64,000 nucleotides of DNA from a candidate division WS6 bacterium GW2011_GWF2_39_15 (GTDB taxonomy: Bacteria > Patescibacteriota > Dojkabacteria > SC72): NCBI GenBank assembly GCA_000993565.1, contig LBWK01000002.1, forward strand, positions 224,800-288,799, read 5' to 3'. A program made the position numbers and the translations under genes. Below the pieces are notes generated by a model. It was not told where the DNA came from. It worked only from the letters and a program-made list of their open reading frames with translations, and searched no databases. Shown one piece after another: positions 17,436 through 26,995 of this stretch; positions within the stretch are counted from its first letter, which is position 1; every line of letters begins with the position of its first letter.

Positions 17436-20375
17436 ATGAAAATATATTGGAGTAGAATTACAATAAGCTTCCTTTTTGCAGCATTTATTCTGATGCTGTC
17501 ACCTCTTAAGATTTCAGCAAGCTTCAATACAGAAACAAATCTACCGGCCGATTATGTGAATATGGGAATCCCCGAGGATTTATTAGTCTTGCCTGATGGA
17601 AATATCTGGTATGTAGATTCTCAGAATACTAGAGTTGTGAAAGTTGATCCAAGTGGAAACATTCTCAGAACAGTTGGTAGAGCGGGCACTGATGAAGGGG
17701 AATTTGAATGCCCTATTGTTGCCCTTACTATTGATGCAGAGGATCATTTATATATTCTGAGTTCCTGTAAAGTGTATGTTTTGGATTTCAACGGAGGGAT
17801 TTTGGATAGCTGGGGTGAGAATGGTGTGGAGTTTCAATACCAGTTTGGTAATCCCCGCGGAATAACTTACGATTTAACAACTGATTCCATTCTGATTGCA
17901 GATGCCGCCCAGCATGAAGTCTTGAGCTTTAGTATAGATGGAACCTTTAATTTCGGATTTGGAAGTTTTGGTGCTGGAGCAGGGCAACTAAATGCCCCTG
18001 TCGGAATAACAACGGATGCACTCGGTAACATCTATGTCGCTGACGGAGATAATCATAGAATATCAGTATTTGAGAGCAATGGAGACTTCATTTCTACTAT
18101 TGGGTCGGAAGGGGTTGGTGATGGTGAGTTTACCTTTATTAAAGATGTTGAGATCCTTTCTGACGGGAGTATAGCTGCGACATCGCAGAACTCTCAGAAG
18201 GTTCAAATTTTTAATTCCTCAGGCGTATTCGTTGATTCTTGGGGGGCATATGGAAGTGCATATGATGAGTTTCATTTCCCTCAGTATATTGCTAAGGATA
18301 TTGATGATAACTTATATGTTTCTGATTGGGGGCTGAAGTCGATACAAAAATTTTCGAAAACAGGCGTGTTCAGTTGGAAAATCAGAAATGCAGGGCAAAC
18401 TAATGGAAGGTTCTCAAACCCTGTTGATGTAGCCTATGACTCTGTTGGTAATCTTTATGTGCTTGATGATGCGGGTGATGCTCCTAGATTACAGAAGTTT
18501 ACGAACTCAGGTACCTTTATAGAAGTATTTGCTGATTTCAATGTTTTCGGACTTGGTACATATCATGTTACTATTGATGATAATGATCGTGTTTATGTTA
18601 CAAGCTCAGATCATGTAACTGTTCTTAATCCTAATAAAACAGTTCATTTATCATTTGGCGTGACGGGGAGCGGGAATGGTGAATTTCTTGAGGCAAGAGG
18701 TATTGACGTCGACTCACTAGGGAATATTTATGTTGCCGATTGGGGAAACAGGAGGGTTCAGAAATTTGATAGCAGTGGAGTTTATGTTACGCAATGGGGA
18801 GTCTCCGGTGCAGAAGATGGCAACTTCGACAGTTTGAGTGATCTCTATATCGATGGAGACGATAATATTTATGTCGTAGACGGAAGCGATCCTTTTGATG
18901 TAGTGGAGGGACATCTGAGTCGTATTCAGGTATTTGATACTGCAGGTAACTTTATTAGGAGTATTGGCACGGGTGGAGAAGCTGAAGGCGAGTTTTCGAA
19001 TCAGATAGGTAAAATGGAGTTTGACGGTAGCGGAAATTTGTGGATCACAGATATTGATAGGCATAAAATACTTATTTTTGATAATTTGTTTAACTATGTG
19101 GAGTCAGTTGGTACTTATGGTGCCGGCATTGCACAGTTTTTCAACCCTAACGGATTGGTATACAATTCTGTTACGGGAACGATGACTGTCGCTGACCAGA
19201 ATAATCATAGGGTACAGGGAGTTGGAGAAGGAGTGCGAATCTACAACCTAATTCCAAGTACCGATGTAATTAGGAACGATATTGAAACTAGTCTCGTTAA
19301 CATCTCCTATGATCCTTCAGAAGTCGGTATAGATAGTTTAGCCTCGGAAATGTATTTTGGTGCATATGTTGTTTCTGATTTTGAAGTTGACCTTACAACC
19401 GATCGTAATTGGGAGGCTGTAAATGCTATGTCACTACCTGAAGAGTCAATTGCTATTGTCACTAATCTTAATCCTGTTGATGCCCCGGGAGTTTCTGAGA
19501 CCCACTCATTATACGTGCCGAAATTAGAGGGACAGATCGGTGTTTATGTTTGCCCTGATGCTGTAACAACTGCTGATGTTTCGATCGGGTGTGCATCTGG
19601 ATATAAGTTAATTAATGGCGATGTAGGGTTATCATCTACAACTATTGATACGATTGATTACTGGGTTGTGTCATCGCTGACTGGTACTGCTGCCATGGGT
19701 ATTTTTGGGGCACAGACTTTTGATGTGAGTGCAAGCAAAGTGAATGTAGCCGTTGGGGAAACTTTTTCTCTTTCTGTAACGGCATTGGATATCAACTCCA
19801 ATACTGCAATTCTTTATGACGGTACTGTTGAATTTACTGCGACTTCTTTGGATGGTTTAGCTTCATACAGTTTCACTTCTTTAGATTCCGGAGCACATAA
19901 TTTCCTGAACCTATTCTCATTTGATGCTCCGGGGGACTATACCGTGACTGTTACGGATGCTACCGATCCAACCATAATCGGGGAGTCACAAATAATACAT
20001 GTCAGTGCTATTCCTGTTGATGACACTCCAGTTGACGATACTCCTGTCGATGACACTCCTATTGACGATGGCAATACCACTGGGAATCAGGTTGTAAACA
20101 ACAATACGGGAGTACCGGAGATTGTTAATACGACAGATTTAAATGGAGATGACGAGGATGAAGATTTAGATGATAAGATTGATGACATTATTAATCCCGA
20201 TAATAATGGGGGTAATTCAGGAACAAGTGATGATACAGAAGATGATGAGACAGATGGTGATATTAAAGCTGATCGTGACTGGATGGTATGGCTTAATACT
20301 CTTTGGGCTTTACCATTAATCTTTTTAATTCTTTTTCTCCTCTCTCGGAAAAGGAATGAAAAAGAAAATAGCTAG
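17436..20375 (+). CDS. NHL-repeat (beta-propeller) surface protein with C-terminal Ig-like domain and TM anchor
   Basis: Signal peptide; many GxGxGxFxxPxxIxxDxxGNIYVAD repeats; acidic linker; C-terminal TM plus basic tail. Confidence 0.88.
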   Translation: MKIYWSRITISFLFAAFILMLSPLKISASFNTETNLPADYVNMGIPEDLLVLPDGNIWYVDSQNTRVVKVDPSGNILRTVGRAGTDEGEFECPIVALTIDAEDHLYILSSCKVYVLDFNGGILDSWGENGVEFQYQFGNPRGITYDLTTDSILIADAAQHEVLSFSIDGTFNFGFGSFGAGAGQLNAPVGITTDALGNIYVADGDNHRISVFESNGDFISTIGSEGVGDGEFTFIKDVEILSDGSIAATSQNSQKVQIFNSSGVFVDSWGAYGSAYDEFHFPQYIAKDIDDNLYVSDWGLKSIQKFSKTGVFSWKIRNAGQTNGRFSNPVDVAYDSVGNLYVLDDAGDAPRLQKFTNSGTFIEVFADFNVFGLGTYHVTIDDNDRVYVTSSDHVTVLNPNKTVHLSFGVTGSGNGEFLEARGIDVDSLGNIYVADWGNRRVQKFDSSGVYVTQWGVSGAEDGNFDSLSDLYIDGDDNIYVVDGSDPFDVVEGHLSRIQVFDTAGNFIRSIGTGGEAEGEFSNQIGKMEFDGSGNLWITDIDRHKILIFDNLFNYVESVGTYGAGIAQFFNPNGLVYNSVTGTMTVADQNNHRVQGVGEGVRIYNLIPSTDVIRNDIETSLVNISYDPSEVGIDSLASEMYFGAYVVSDFEVDLTTDRNWEAVNAMSLPEESIAIVTNLNPVDAPGVSETHSLYVPKLEGQIGVYVCPDAVTTADVSIGCASGYKLINGDVGLSSTTIDTIDYWVVSSLTGTAAMGIFGAQTFDVSASKVNVAVGETFSLSVTALDINSNTAILYDGTVEFTATSLDGLASYSFTSLDSGAHNFLNLFSFDAPGDYTVTVTDATDPTIIGESQIIHVSAIPVDDTPVDDTPVDDTPIDDGNTTGNQVVNNNTGVPEIVNTTDLNGDDEDEDLDDKIDDIINPDNNGGNSGTSDDTEDDETDGDIKADRDWMVWLNTLWALPLIFLILFLLSRKRNEKENS
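20013..20069 (+). repeat. 15-bp in-frame tandem repeat encoding PVDDT (about 3.8 copies)
   Basis: cctgttgatgacact / ccagttgacgatact / cctgtcgatgacact / cctattgacgat. Confidence 0.8.
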
Positions 20376-20428
20376 ATACTTTATGTATACAAGGTGTACC
20401 CTCGTTTGACTTTCTGTTATCATCTGTT

Positions 20429-21601
20429 ATGGATATCGAACTTTCCGCCTCGCAAAAAGAGATTATCTCATCAATACTATCATGGTATAAAAATGTTTCA
20501 GGGGGAGACTATCTCACTCTTGGTGGGTATGCAGGTACAGGCAAGACTACGTTGATTGGTTACATAAGCAAGGCTTTGAGAGATAAAAATGCACAGCTGC
20601 AGATTGCTTTCTGCAGTTATACAGGCAAGGCGGTAAGGATTATGGGAAAGAAACTTAAGGATGTAGATGCTATATACCCAAATGATTCCGTCAGTACAAT
20701 TCACAGACTGATTTACGAGCCTCTAGTGGATGATAAAGGAGTCATTATTGGATGGACTCGAAGAGAACTAAAGGATTTCAAGTTTGGTTTAATAATTGTA
20801 GATGAAGCATCCATGATTAATCAGTCAATCTGGAGCGATCTGCTGGCCTTTAATATCCCTATTCTCGCAGTCGGGGATCACGGACAGCTTCCACCGATTG
20901 AAGGGAACTTTAATCTGATGGATGCTCCGGTACTTAAACTGGAAGAAATCTATAGGCAGGAAAAAGATAATCCGATTGTTTTTGTCTCGAAACTTGCTAG
21001 AACCAGAGGGCTCATACCAGTTATGGAGTATGGTATGAATGTTAAAAAGTTCAATCGTCAGGATACAGACACACAGGAGTTTCTACAGGACCTTTTTCTT
21101 AAGTATGATGATGATATGCTAATTCTTGTCGGATATAACAATACACGAGTTAAACTAAATAAGGCAATACGGCAGCTGCTTGGTTTTGAGAATGAAAGTC
21201 CGGAGACTAAAGATCGTGTTATTTGTTTAAGAAATAGTTATGAAAGGCATATATATAACGGAATGATGGGTCGGATCAAAAAGATAAGTTCATTTAGTGA
21301 TGACTGGGGCACATATTACAAGTCGACCATTTCCCTTGATGATGAGGAAGACTATGATTTTGAGGGCTTGGTTTCCTATAATCAGTTCGGTTCTAAGGAA
21401 ACACTTCATAATGAAAAAACTCCCGAGGTTGATCTTTTTGATTTCGGCTATGCATTAACAGTACATAAAGCACAAGGTAGCCAGGCCAAAAGAGTGGTTG
21501 TTTTTGAAGAGAGGTTTTCGTCAATGACCAACGAGATGTGGAAAAGATGGCTGTATACGGCGGTAACAAGAGCAAGTGAGGAGTTGTATATAATAGGTTA
21601 G
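20429..21601 (+). CDS. SF1B RecD/Dda-like ATP-dependent DNA helicase
   Basis: GYAGTGKT, VDEASM, GDHGQLPP, YRQ, YALTVHKAQGS, LYTAVTRA. Confidence 0.9.
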   Translation: MDIELSASQKEIISSILSWYKNVSGGDYLTLGGYAGTGKTTLIGYISKALRDKNAQLQIAFCSYTGKAVRIMGKKLKDVDAIYPNDSVSTIHRLIYEPLVDDKGVIIGWTRRELKDFKFGLIIVDEASMINQSIWSDLLAFNIPILAVGDHGQLPPIEGNFNLMDAPVLKLEEIYRQEKDNPIVFVSKLARTRGLIPVMEYGMNVKKFNRQDTDTQEFLQDLFLKYDDDMLILVGYNNTRVKLNKAIRQLLGFENESPETKDRVICLRNSYERHIYNGMMGRIKKISSFSDDWGTYYKSTISLDDEEDYDFEGLVSYNQFGSKETLHNEKTPEVDLFDFGYALTVHKAQGSQAKRVVVFEERFSSMTNEMWKRWLYTAVTRASEELYIIG

Positions 21602-21678
21602 GAGGTTAATCAAGTATCTTCTACCAATAGAGATTGCGCTAAGCCTATAATCATATGTATAATCCCGCAATAATTTGA

Positions 21679-21948
21679 TTGCTGAGATTAATGGATACTT
21701 GGGATTGGAGAGGGATTGAAAGCGAGTTTATTGACCATGAAGAACAGGATGCGGCCGCTTTTTTACTGAGAAGTATTTCTACTAAAGTTGATCCGGTTCT
21801 GGGGCATGAAGTTGAATCGTTAATCGAGGCTTATAGACTCCGGAAGATTAGTCTTGATGATTTTCGGAATCAAATTTCGCATAACCCTCAATTGGTCTTT
21901 GTGTTAAGCAAATTAAGAGAAGAATACCAGAATTCCAAAGCGAGATAA
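21679..21948 (+). CDS. Hypothetical small protein
   Basis: 89 aa ORF filling the gap, TATAAT at 21658; start uncertain. Confidence 0.5.
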   Translation: MLRLMDTWDWRGIESEFIDHEEQDAAAFLLRSISTKVDPVLGHEVESLIEAYRLRKISLDDFRNQISHNPQLVFVLSKLREEYQNSKAR

Positions 21949-22015
21949 TAATGTAAGTGGGCTTTTTTAATGTTGTATTCTTGTAATACGGATTATTGTA
22001 TCCTATAATACGGAA

Positions 22016-22897
22016 ATGAATAGCGGTATGACCATAGATATGCAACCCAATGCCCTTATAAAGCCAGAGATAGAATTTCTGGAAGGTCTTGCGACATGTC
22101 CAGTTGATAATCTCCCCGTTACCTTTGGAGACTTTCAACTGTACTTAAGGGGTGGATTAGAATCAAACAGGTTTTTTGAAGAGGTTATAGATCTATATAA
22201 TGATACTTTTTCCGACTGGAAATCCAAGCTCTTTGGAATAAGTGCTGTTCCATTAGTTGATCAAGAAAGATCTCTGGCCTTAATGGATGGAATAGCTAAA
22301 TCTAGAACTATTTTGGTGCTACAAAATGGAGATGATGAAATGGTTACATCGTTGCTTTTTGACGAAGCTCAGAGGTTTCTCCTTCAGGACAGCAAAGGTT
22401 TACCAGTTGAAGGAGCTTTAAATTCAATTATATCAATCGCCGTAAATGGAGACCGCACTGAGAGAACTAAAGCTGTTCAATTTCTGAAAACCGTTATAAC
22501 AAACATAACACTGTCTCATTCAGATAACTTTGTAGTGAGTTTTATGGAATCTATAGAAGGACAACTCCCATATGCATCGGCTGAATCAGTAAATGCTTTT
22601 TTGAGATATGTGATTTTTGCTGTCGCTCAAGAGGTAAATGCTAAAAAAGGTTTGTTTGAAAGATATCTTGATGCAATTTGGAAACCAGCTGATAGGCCCA
22701 AAATCGAAAGAAGCGTAAATATGATTATTGATATTTTGGTCGGAATTAATAGTAGATTTCCAGGAGTATATACATTGGATGCTTTGGATATTCTTAAGAG
22801 AATGGATAGTGAAATGAGAAATTTTGATGAAAAGATGGAAATGAGGTTAAGACTAAAGAGTCTGATTAAAGAGTTTACCCCGCGTTTCGTGCTTTAG
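22016..22897 (+). CDS. Hypothetical protein
   Basis: 293 aa ORF, TATAAT 6 nt upstream; no motif recognised. Confidence 0.65.
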   Translation: MNSGMTIDMQPNALIKPEIEFLEGLATCPVDNLPVTFGDFQLYLRGGLESNRFFEEVIDLYNDTFSDWKSKLFGISAVPLVDQERSLALMDGIAKSRTILVLQNGDDEMVTSLLFDEAQRFLLQDSKGLPVEGALNSIISIAVNGDRTERTKAVQFLKTVITNITLSHSDNFVVSFMESIEGQLPYASAESVNAFLRYVIFAVAQEVNAKKGLFERYLDAIWKPADRPKIERSVNMIIDILVGINSRFPGVYTLDALDILKRMDSEMRNFDEKMEMRLRLKSLIKEFTPRFVL

Positions 22898-22961
22898 ATT
22901 GACTTTCCGTCGTGTCTTTTGTAATCTAATAAGTACATTTAATTTCACAAATACGAACATA

Positions 22962-23783
22962 ATGGCTAAAATCAAAGATAATCCGTCTAAAGAAACGAAG
23001 GGAACTACAATGGTATTAGATATGGATAAAATGATGGTTCCCTTTTCCATCCTTATTGCAGGCCTAATGATTGCATTGGCAGTCCTTTTTGGCTTAAGGG
23101 GAGGAATAACTAAAGGGGATGATAATACAGGATCTGATACTAATACTGACACCAATACCAATACAGATACTACAACCGGAGATGGAACGGCCACAATCTC
23201 AATAGATGATGACCCATACCTTGGAGATAAGAAGAAGGCTAAGGTTGCTATTGTAGAGTTTAGTGACTACGAGTGTCCATATTGTCAGAGACACTTTACG
23301 GATACGTACCCATCGCTTGTTAAAGATTATGTAGATTCCGGTAAAGCTATTTTAGTCTTTAGAGATTATCCATTAAGCTTCCACGATCCTATGGCCACTA
23401 ATAGTGCTTTGGCAGCACAGTGCGTATTCGATTTAGGAGGGAACGAGAAATATTTCGAGTATCATGATCTGCTTTTTAAGAACACTAAAGCAAACGGTGA
23501 AGGCTTCTCAGATACTGATGCCGGCGATAAGGCTAAGTTAGAGGAGTATGCAAAGACAGTGGGAGTGGATGTTAACAAGTTCAAGAGTTGTTACTCTTCA
23601 AAGAAGTTTGCTGCTGAGATTACAAAAGATCTTTCCGACGGTACTTCAGCTGGTATTTCCGGTACACCTGGCTTTATAATTGGTGAATTAGACAAAGATG
23701 GCAATGTAAAGGATGGTCAGATTCTTGCAGGAGCATACCCATATGCTGATTTTAAAGCTATTCTTGATAAACTGGTTAAGTAA
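22962..23783 (+). CDS. dsbA: Membrane-anchored DsbA-family thiol-disulfide oxidoreductase
   Basis: TM, Thr/Asp/Asn linker, EFSDYECPYC, FRDYPL, ISGTPGF; ATG 22962 preferred over the ORF-track start 22899. Confidence 0.9.
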   Translation: MAKIKDNPSKETKGTTMVLDMDKMMVPFSILIAGLMIALAVLFGLRGGITKGDDNTGSDTNTDTNTNTDTTTGDGTATISIDDDPYLGDKKKAKVAIVEFSDYECPYCQRHFTDTYPSLVKDYVDSGKAILVFRDYPLSFHDPMATNSALAAQCVFDLGGNEKYFEYHDLLFKNTKANGEGFSDTDAGDKAKLEEYAKTVGVDVNKFKSCYSSKKFAAEITKDLSDGTSAGISGTPGFIIGELDKDGNVKDGQILAGAYPYADFKAILDKLVK

Positions 23784-23785
23784 AA

Positions 23786-24208
23786 ATGAGTAAAGGGGGG
23801 ATACTTAAAATTCTTCTGCTCCTGTTTAGTCTGGGAGTCTTAATATCTTCCTATCTTTACATATCCAAAGTGGTTAATGCTCCAGTCATATGTCCTGACA
23901 CCGGATGTCAGGTAATTGCAGACAGCCCATACTCATACTTCATAGGACAGCCTGTTGCGTTATGGGGTTTAATGTACTTTCTAGGTATGTTTGTAATTAC
24001 TGTCCTTCTTATAAAAAAGGAATTGCATCTGCTTAAATCTCTCTACTATGTGGGGGTTATTGTAGGAGTGCTTTTCACCTTGTACCTTAGGTACGTGGAG
24101 TTCTTCAAAGTGGGGGCAATATGCGTATGGTGCTGGGCTTCGGTTGTAGTTATGATTGGGATTATTGTCTTTACACTGAAAATGTACTCGGCAGATAGGA
24201 CAAAGTAA
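23786..24208 (+). CDS. Vitamin K epoxide reductase (VKOR) family protein
   Basis: Four TMs, loop CPDTGC, SPYS, active-site CVWC; follows dsbA directly. Confidence 0.9.
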   Translation: MSKGGILKILLLLFSLGVLISSYLYISKVVNAPVICPDTGCQVIADSPYSYFIGQPVALWGLMYFLGMFVITVLLIKKELHLLKSLYYVGVIVGVLFTLYLRYVEFFKVGAICVWCWASVVVMIGIIVFTLKMYSADRTK

Positions 24209-24281
24209 AATCGTTGATCTGAGTGCTTTTGGGTGCTATTCTTTAGACTGTTAACTATCTAATATCAAAACTAAACTACTC

Positions 24282-25223
24282 ATGAGCAAAAGATTTGCAA
24301 TTACGGGAGTTGGTGGTTATATTGCCCCCAGGCATCTGGAAGCTATTAAAGCAACCGGTAATGAGCTGGTTGCAGCATGCGATCCAAATGATTCTGTAGG
24401 AATAATGGATCGTTACTTTTATGAAGCTGCATACTTTAAGGAGTTTGAGAGATTTGATAGACATCTAGATAAGCTTAGAAGAGCAGGAGAGGGAATAGAT
24501 TTTATGACAGTATGTAGTCCCAACTATCTTCATGATGCTCACATTAGGCTTGCTTTAAGGCTTGGCGCTGATGCAATTTGTGAGAAACCGTTAGTTCTTA
24601 ACCCTTGGAATATTGATGCTCTTGAGGAGTTGGCAGAAGAGTATAAGCAGAAAGTATATACAATTCTCCAGCTTAGGGTTCATCCCGCAATAATTGCGTT
24701 GAGAGAAAAGGTCCGAAAGGAAAAGAGAAAGAAGAAATATAAGATTGATTTAACGTACTTAACTTCCAGAGGTGGCTGGTATCTCGTTTCATGGAAAGGT
24801 GATATTGAAAAATCAGGAGGTCTTGCAACAAATATAGGTATTCACTTCTTTGATATGCTCAGCTGGATATTTGGCAAGGTGCAGAAACAGGAGGTTCACT
24901 ATTCGGACGAGAAGAGTGTTGGTGGTTATCTTGAGCTTGAAAAGGCTGAAGTCAGTTGGTTCTTATCTATTGATAGGAAGAATCTGCCCAAAAATGCAAC
25001 AGGAAGTACCTATAGGTCTATAATGATCGACGGTGAGGAGTTCGAGTTCTCTGAGGGCTTTACAGACCTTCACACAAGGGTTTATGAAGAGACTCTGAAT
25101 GGAAACGGTTTTGTTGCCGGAGATACGAGGGAGGCTATAAAGTTAGCACATGATATTCGTACCTCACCTGTAATTGGGGTTAAAGACTATTCTCACCCTA
25201 TTCTTAAAAAATTAAGTAAGTAA
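24282..25223 (+). CDS. wbpB: UDP-GlcNAcA 3-dehydrogenase (WbpB/WlbA-like, Gfo/Idh/MocA family)
   Basis: GGYIAPRHL, SPNYLHDAHI, CEKPL, TNIGIHFFD, EFSEGFTDLH. Confidence 0.9.
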   Translation: MSKRFAITGVGGYIAPRHLEAIKATGNELVAACDPNDSVGIMDRYFYEAAYFKEFERFDRHLDKLRRAGEGIDFMTVCSPNYLHDAHIRLALRLGADAICEKPLVLNPWNIDALEELAEEYKQKVYTILQLRVHPAIIALREKVRKEKRKKKYKIDLTYLTSRGGWYLVSWKGDIEKSGGLATNIGIHFFDMLSWIFGKVQKQEVHYSDEKSVGGYLELEKAEVSWFLSIDRKNLPKNATGSTYRSIMIDGEEFEFSEGFTDLHTRVYEETLNGNGFVAGDTREAIKLAHDIRTSPVIGVKDYSHPILKKLSK

Positions 25224-25224
25224 A

Positions 25225-25872
25225 ATGAATGATTACTTCGTACACGAATCAGCGTATGTTGACGAGCCGTGCGAGATAGGTGAGGGCACGAAGATATGGC
25301 ATTTCTCTCATGTGCTCAAAGACTCCAAAATTGGTAAGAAATGTATACTCGGGCAGAATGTGAATATTGCCGGAGGAGTCGTTATCGGCGACAATGTTAA
25401 GATTCAGAATAATGTATCTGTATATACAGGTACTACTATTGAAGATGATGTCTTTTTAGGACCCTCCTGTGTTCTAACAAACGTCACAAATCCCAGGTCT
25501 CAGATCAACAGACACTCTTTATACGAAAAAACCGTTATTAAGCGAGGAGCATCGATTGGTGCTAATGCAACTATTGTTTGCGGAGTTACGATCGGAAGGT
25601 ACGCTTTTGTTGGTGCCGGAGCAGTAGTAACAAGGGATGTTCCTGATTACGGAATGGTGATTGGCAATCCGGCTAGATTTAAATGCTGGGTGAGTAGGCA
25701 TGGGGTGCCGTTAAAAGAGAAAGATAAGGATGGGATAATGGTATGCCCAGAAAGTGGATTTAAGTATAAGGAGATAGAGGAGGGCGTACTAAAATGCCTT
25801 GATCTTGATGAGGAAGCCCCTCTGCCTGAAAGTTTAAGTGTCGGAGATAAATTATATGATTCATTTAAATAA
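25225..25872 (+). CDS. wbpD: Hexapeptide N-acetyltransferase (WbpD/WlbB-like)
   Basis: IGEGTKIWHFSH, IQNNVSVY, TNVTNPRS, C-terminal CPESG. Confidence 0.88.
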   Translation: MNDYFVHESAYVDEPCEIGEGTKIWHFSHVLKDSKIGKKCILGQNVNIAGGVVIGDNVKIQNNVSVYTGTTIEDDVFLGPSCVLTNVTNPRSQINRHSLYEKTVIKRGASIGANATIVCGVTIGRYAFVGAGAVVTRDVPDYGMVIGNPARFKCWVSRHGVPLKEKDKDGIMVCPESGFKYKEIEEGVLKCLDLDEEAPLPESLSVGDKLYDSFK

Positions 25873-25873
25873 T

Positions 25874-26980
25874 ATGGAATTTATAGATCTAAAAGCCCAG
25901 CAAGAGAGAATTCTCGAGAAGGTTAGACATAATATTGATAAGGTATTGGAACACGGGAAGTATATAATGGGACCGGAAGTTACAGAGCTGGAGGAGAAGC
26001 TTGCTAAGTATGTGGGTGTTAAACATTGTATTAGCTGTGCAAACGGTACGGATGCCCTTTTGATGGCGCTTATGGTTAAAGGAATTGGTCCTGGCGATGC
26101 TATTTTCACCCCCCCATTCACTTTTATCGCGGCTGCAGAGATGGTCGCTCTTCTAGGCGCTACGCCTGTATTTGTAGATATTGATGAAAAGACCTTTAAT
26201 CTGGATCCTAAGAAACTTGAAGAAGCTGTGAAAAACTTCTCAAAGCCCGGGCTTACGCCAAAAGGAGTTATCCCTGTTGATCTTTTTGGTCAACCGGCCG
26301 ATTATGATGAGATAAACAGAATTGCTAAAGAAAATAATCTCTTTGTTATTGAAGATGCCGCACAGAGTTTTGGAGGAGAATATAAAGGGAAGAAAGTCTG
26401 CTCGCTTGCAGAGATTGCTACAACTAGTTTCTTCCCTGCAAAGCCATTGGGATGTTACGGTGACGGGGGAGCAATCTTTACGGATGACGACGATATAGCG
26501 GCGCTTCTTCAATCTATTAGAATACATGGAAAAGGAGAGGACAAGTATGATAATGTCAGGGTTGGAATTAATGGAAGGCTTGATACTATGCAGGCGGCAG
26601 TTCTTCTTCCTAAGTTAGAGATTTTGGATGAAGAGATGGATCTTAGGCAGAAGGTTACGAAAAGGTATGGTAAAGGTCTTGCGGATACGGTCGAAGTTCC
26701 ATATATTCTCGATGAGTGTACTTCAGCCTGGGCTTTATATACAGTTAAAAGTGGTCGAAGAGATGAGATATTGCAAAAGCTGAAGGAGAAAGATATTCCT
26801 GCAGGGGTTTATTACCCGAAGCCTCTTCATTTACAGGACGCATTTAAATCTTTAGGATACAAAAGAGGAGACTTCCCGGTTGCCGAGAAGTGTTGTGATA
26901 CGGTTTTCAGCTTACCTATGCACCCGTACTTAACAGAGAAGGACCAAGATTATATTATAGAGGTACTTAAGTCTGCTTAG
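25874..26980 (+). CDS. wbpE: DegT/DnrJ aminotransferase (WbpE/WlbC-like)
   Basis: MEFIDLKAQ, NGTDAL, EDAAQ, SFFPAKPLGCYGDGG, NGRLDT. Confidence 0.88.
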   Translation: MEFIDLKAQQERILEKVRHNIDKVLEHGKYIMGPEVTELEEKLAKYVGVKHCISCANGTDALLMALMVKGIGPGDAIFTPPFTFIAAAEMVALLGATPVFVDIDEKTFNLDPKKLEEAVKNFSKPGLTPKGVIPVDLFGQPADYDEINRIAKENNLFVIEDAAQSFGGEYKGKKVCSLAEIATTSFFPAKPLGCYGDGGAIFTDDDDIAALLQSIRIHGKGEDKYDNVRVGINGRLDTMQAAVLLPKLEILDEEMDLRQKVTKRYGKGLADTVEVPYILDECTSAWALYTVKSGRRDEILQKLKEKDIPAGVYYPKPLHLQDAFKSLGYKRGDFPVAEKCCDTVFSLPMHPYLTEKDQDYIIEVLKSA

Positions 26981-26995
26981 GTAGGAATATAAATA

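Noticed and set aside
23125-23180. ACTAATACTGACACCAATACC-type repeats as a CRISPR or VNTR
   Set aside because: In-frame low-complexity Thr/Asp/Asn linker of DsbA; no repeat-spacer structure.
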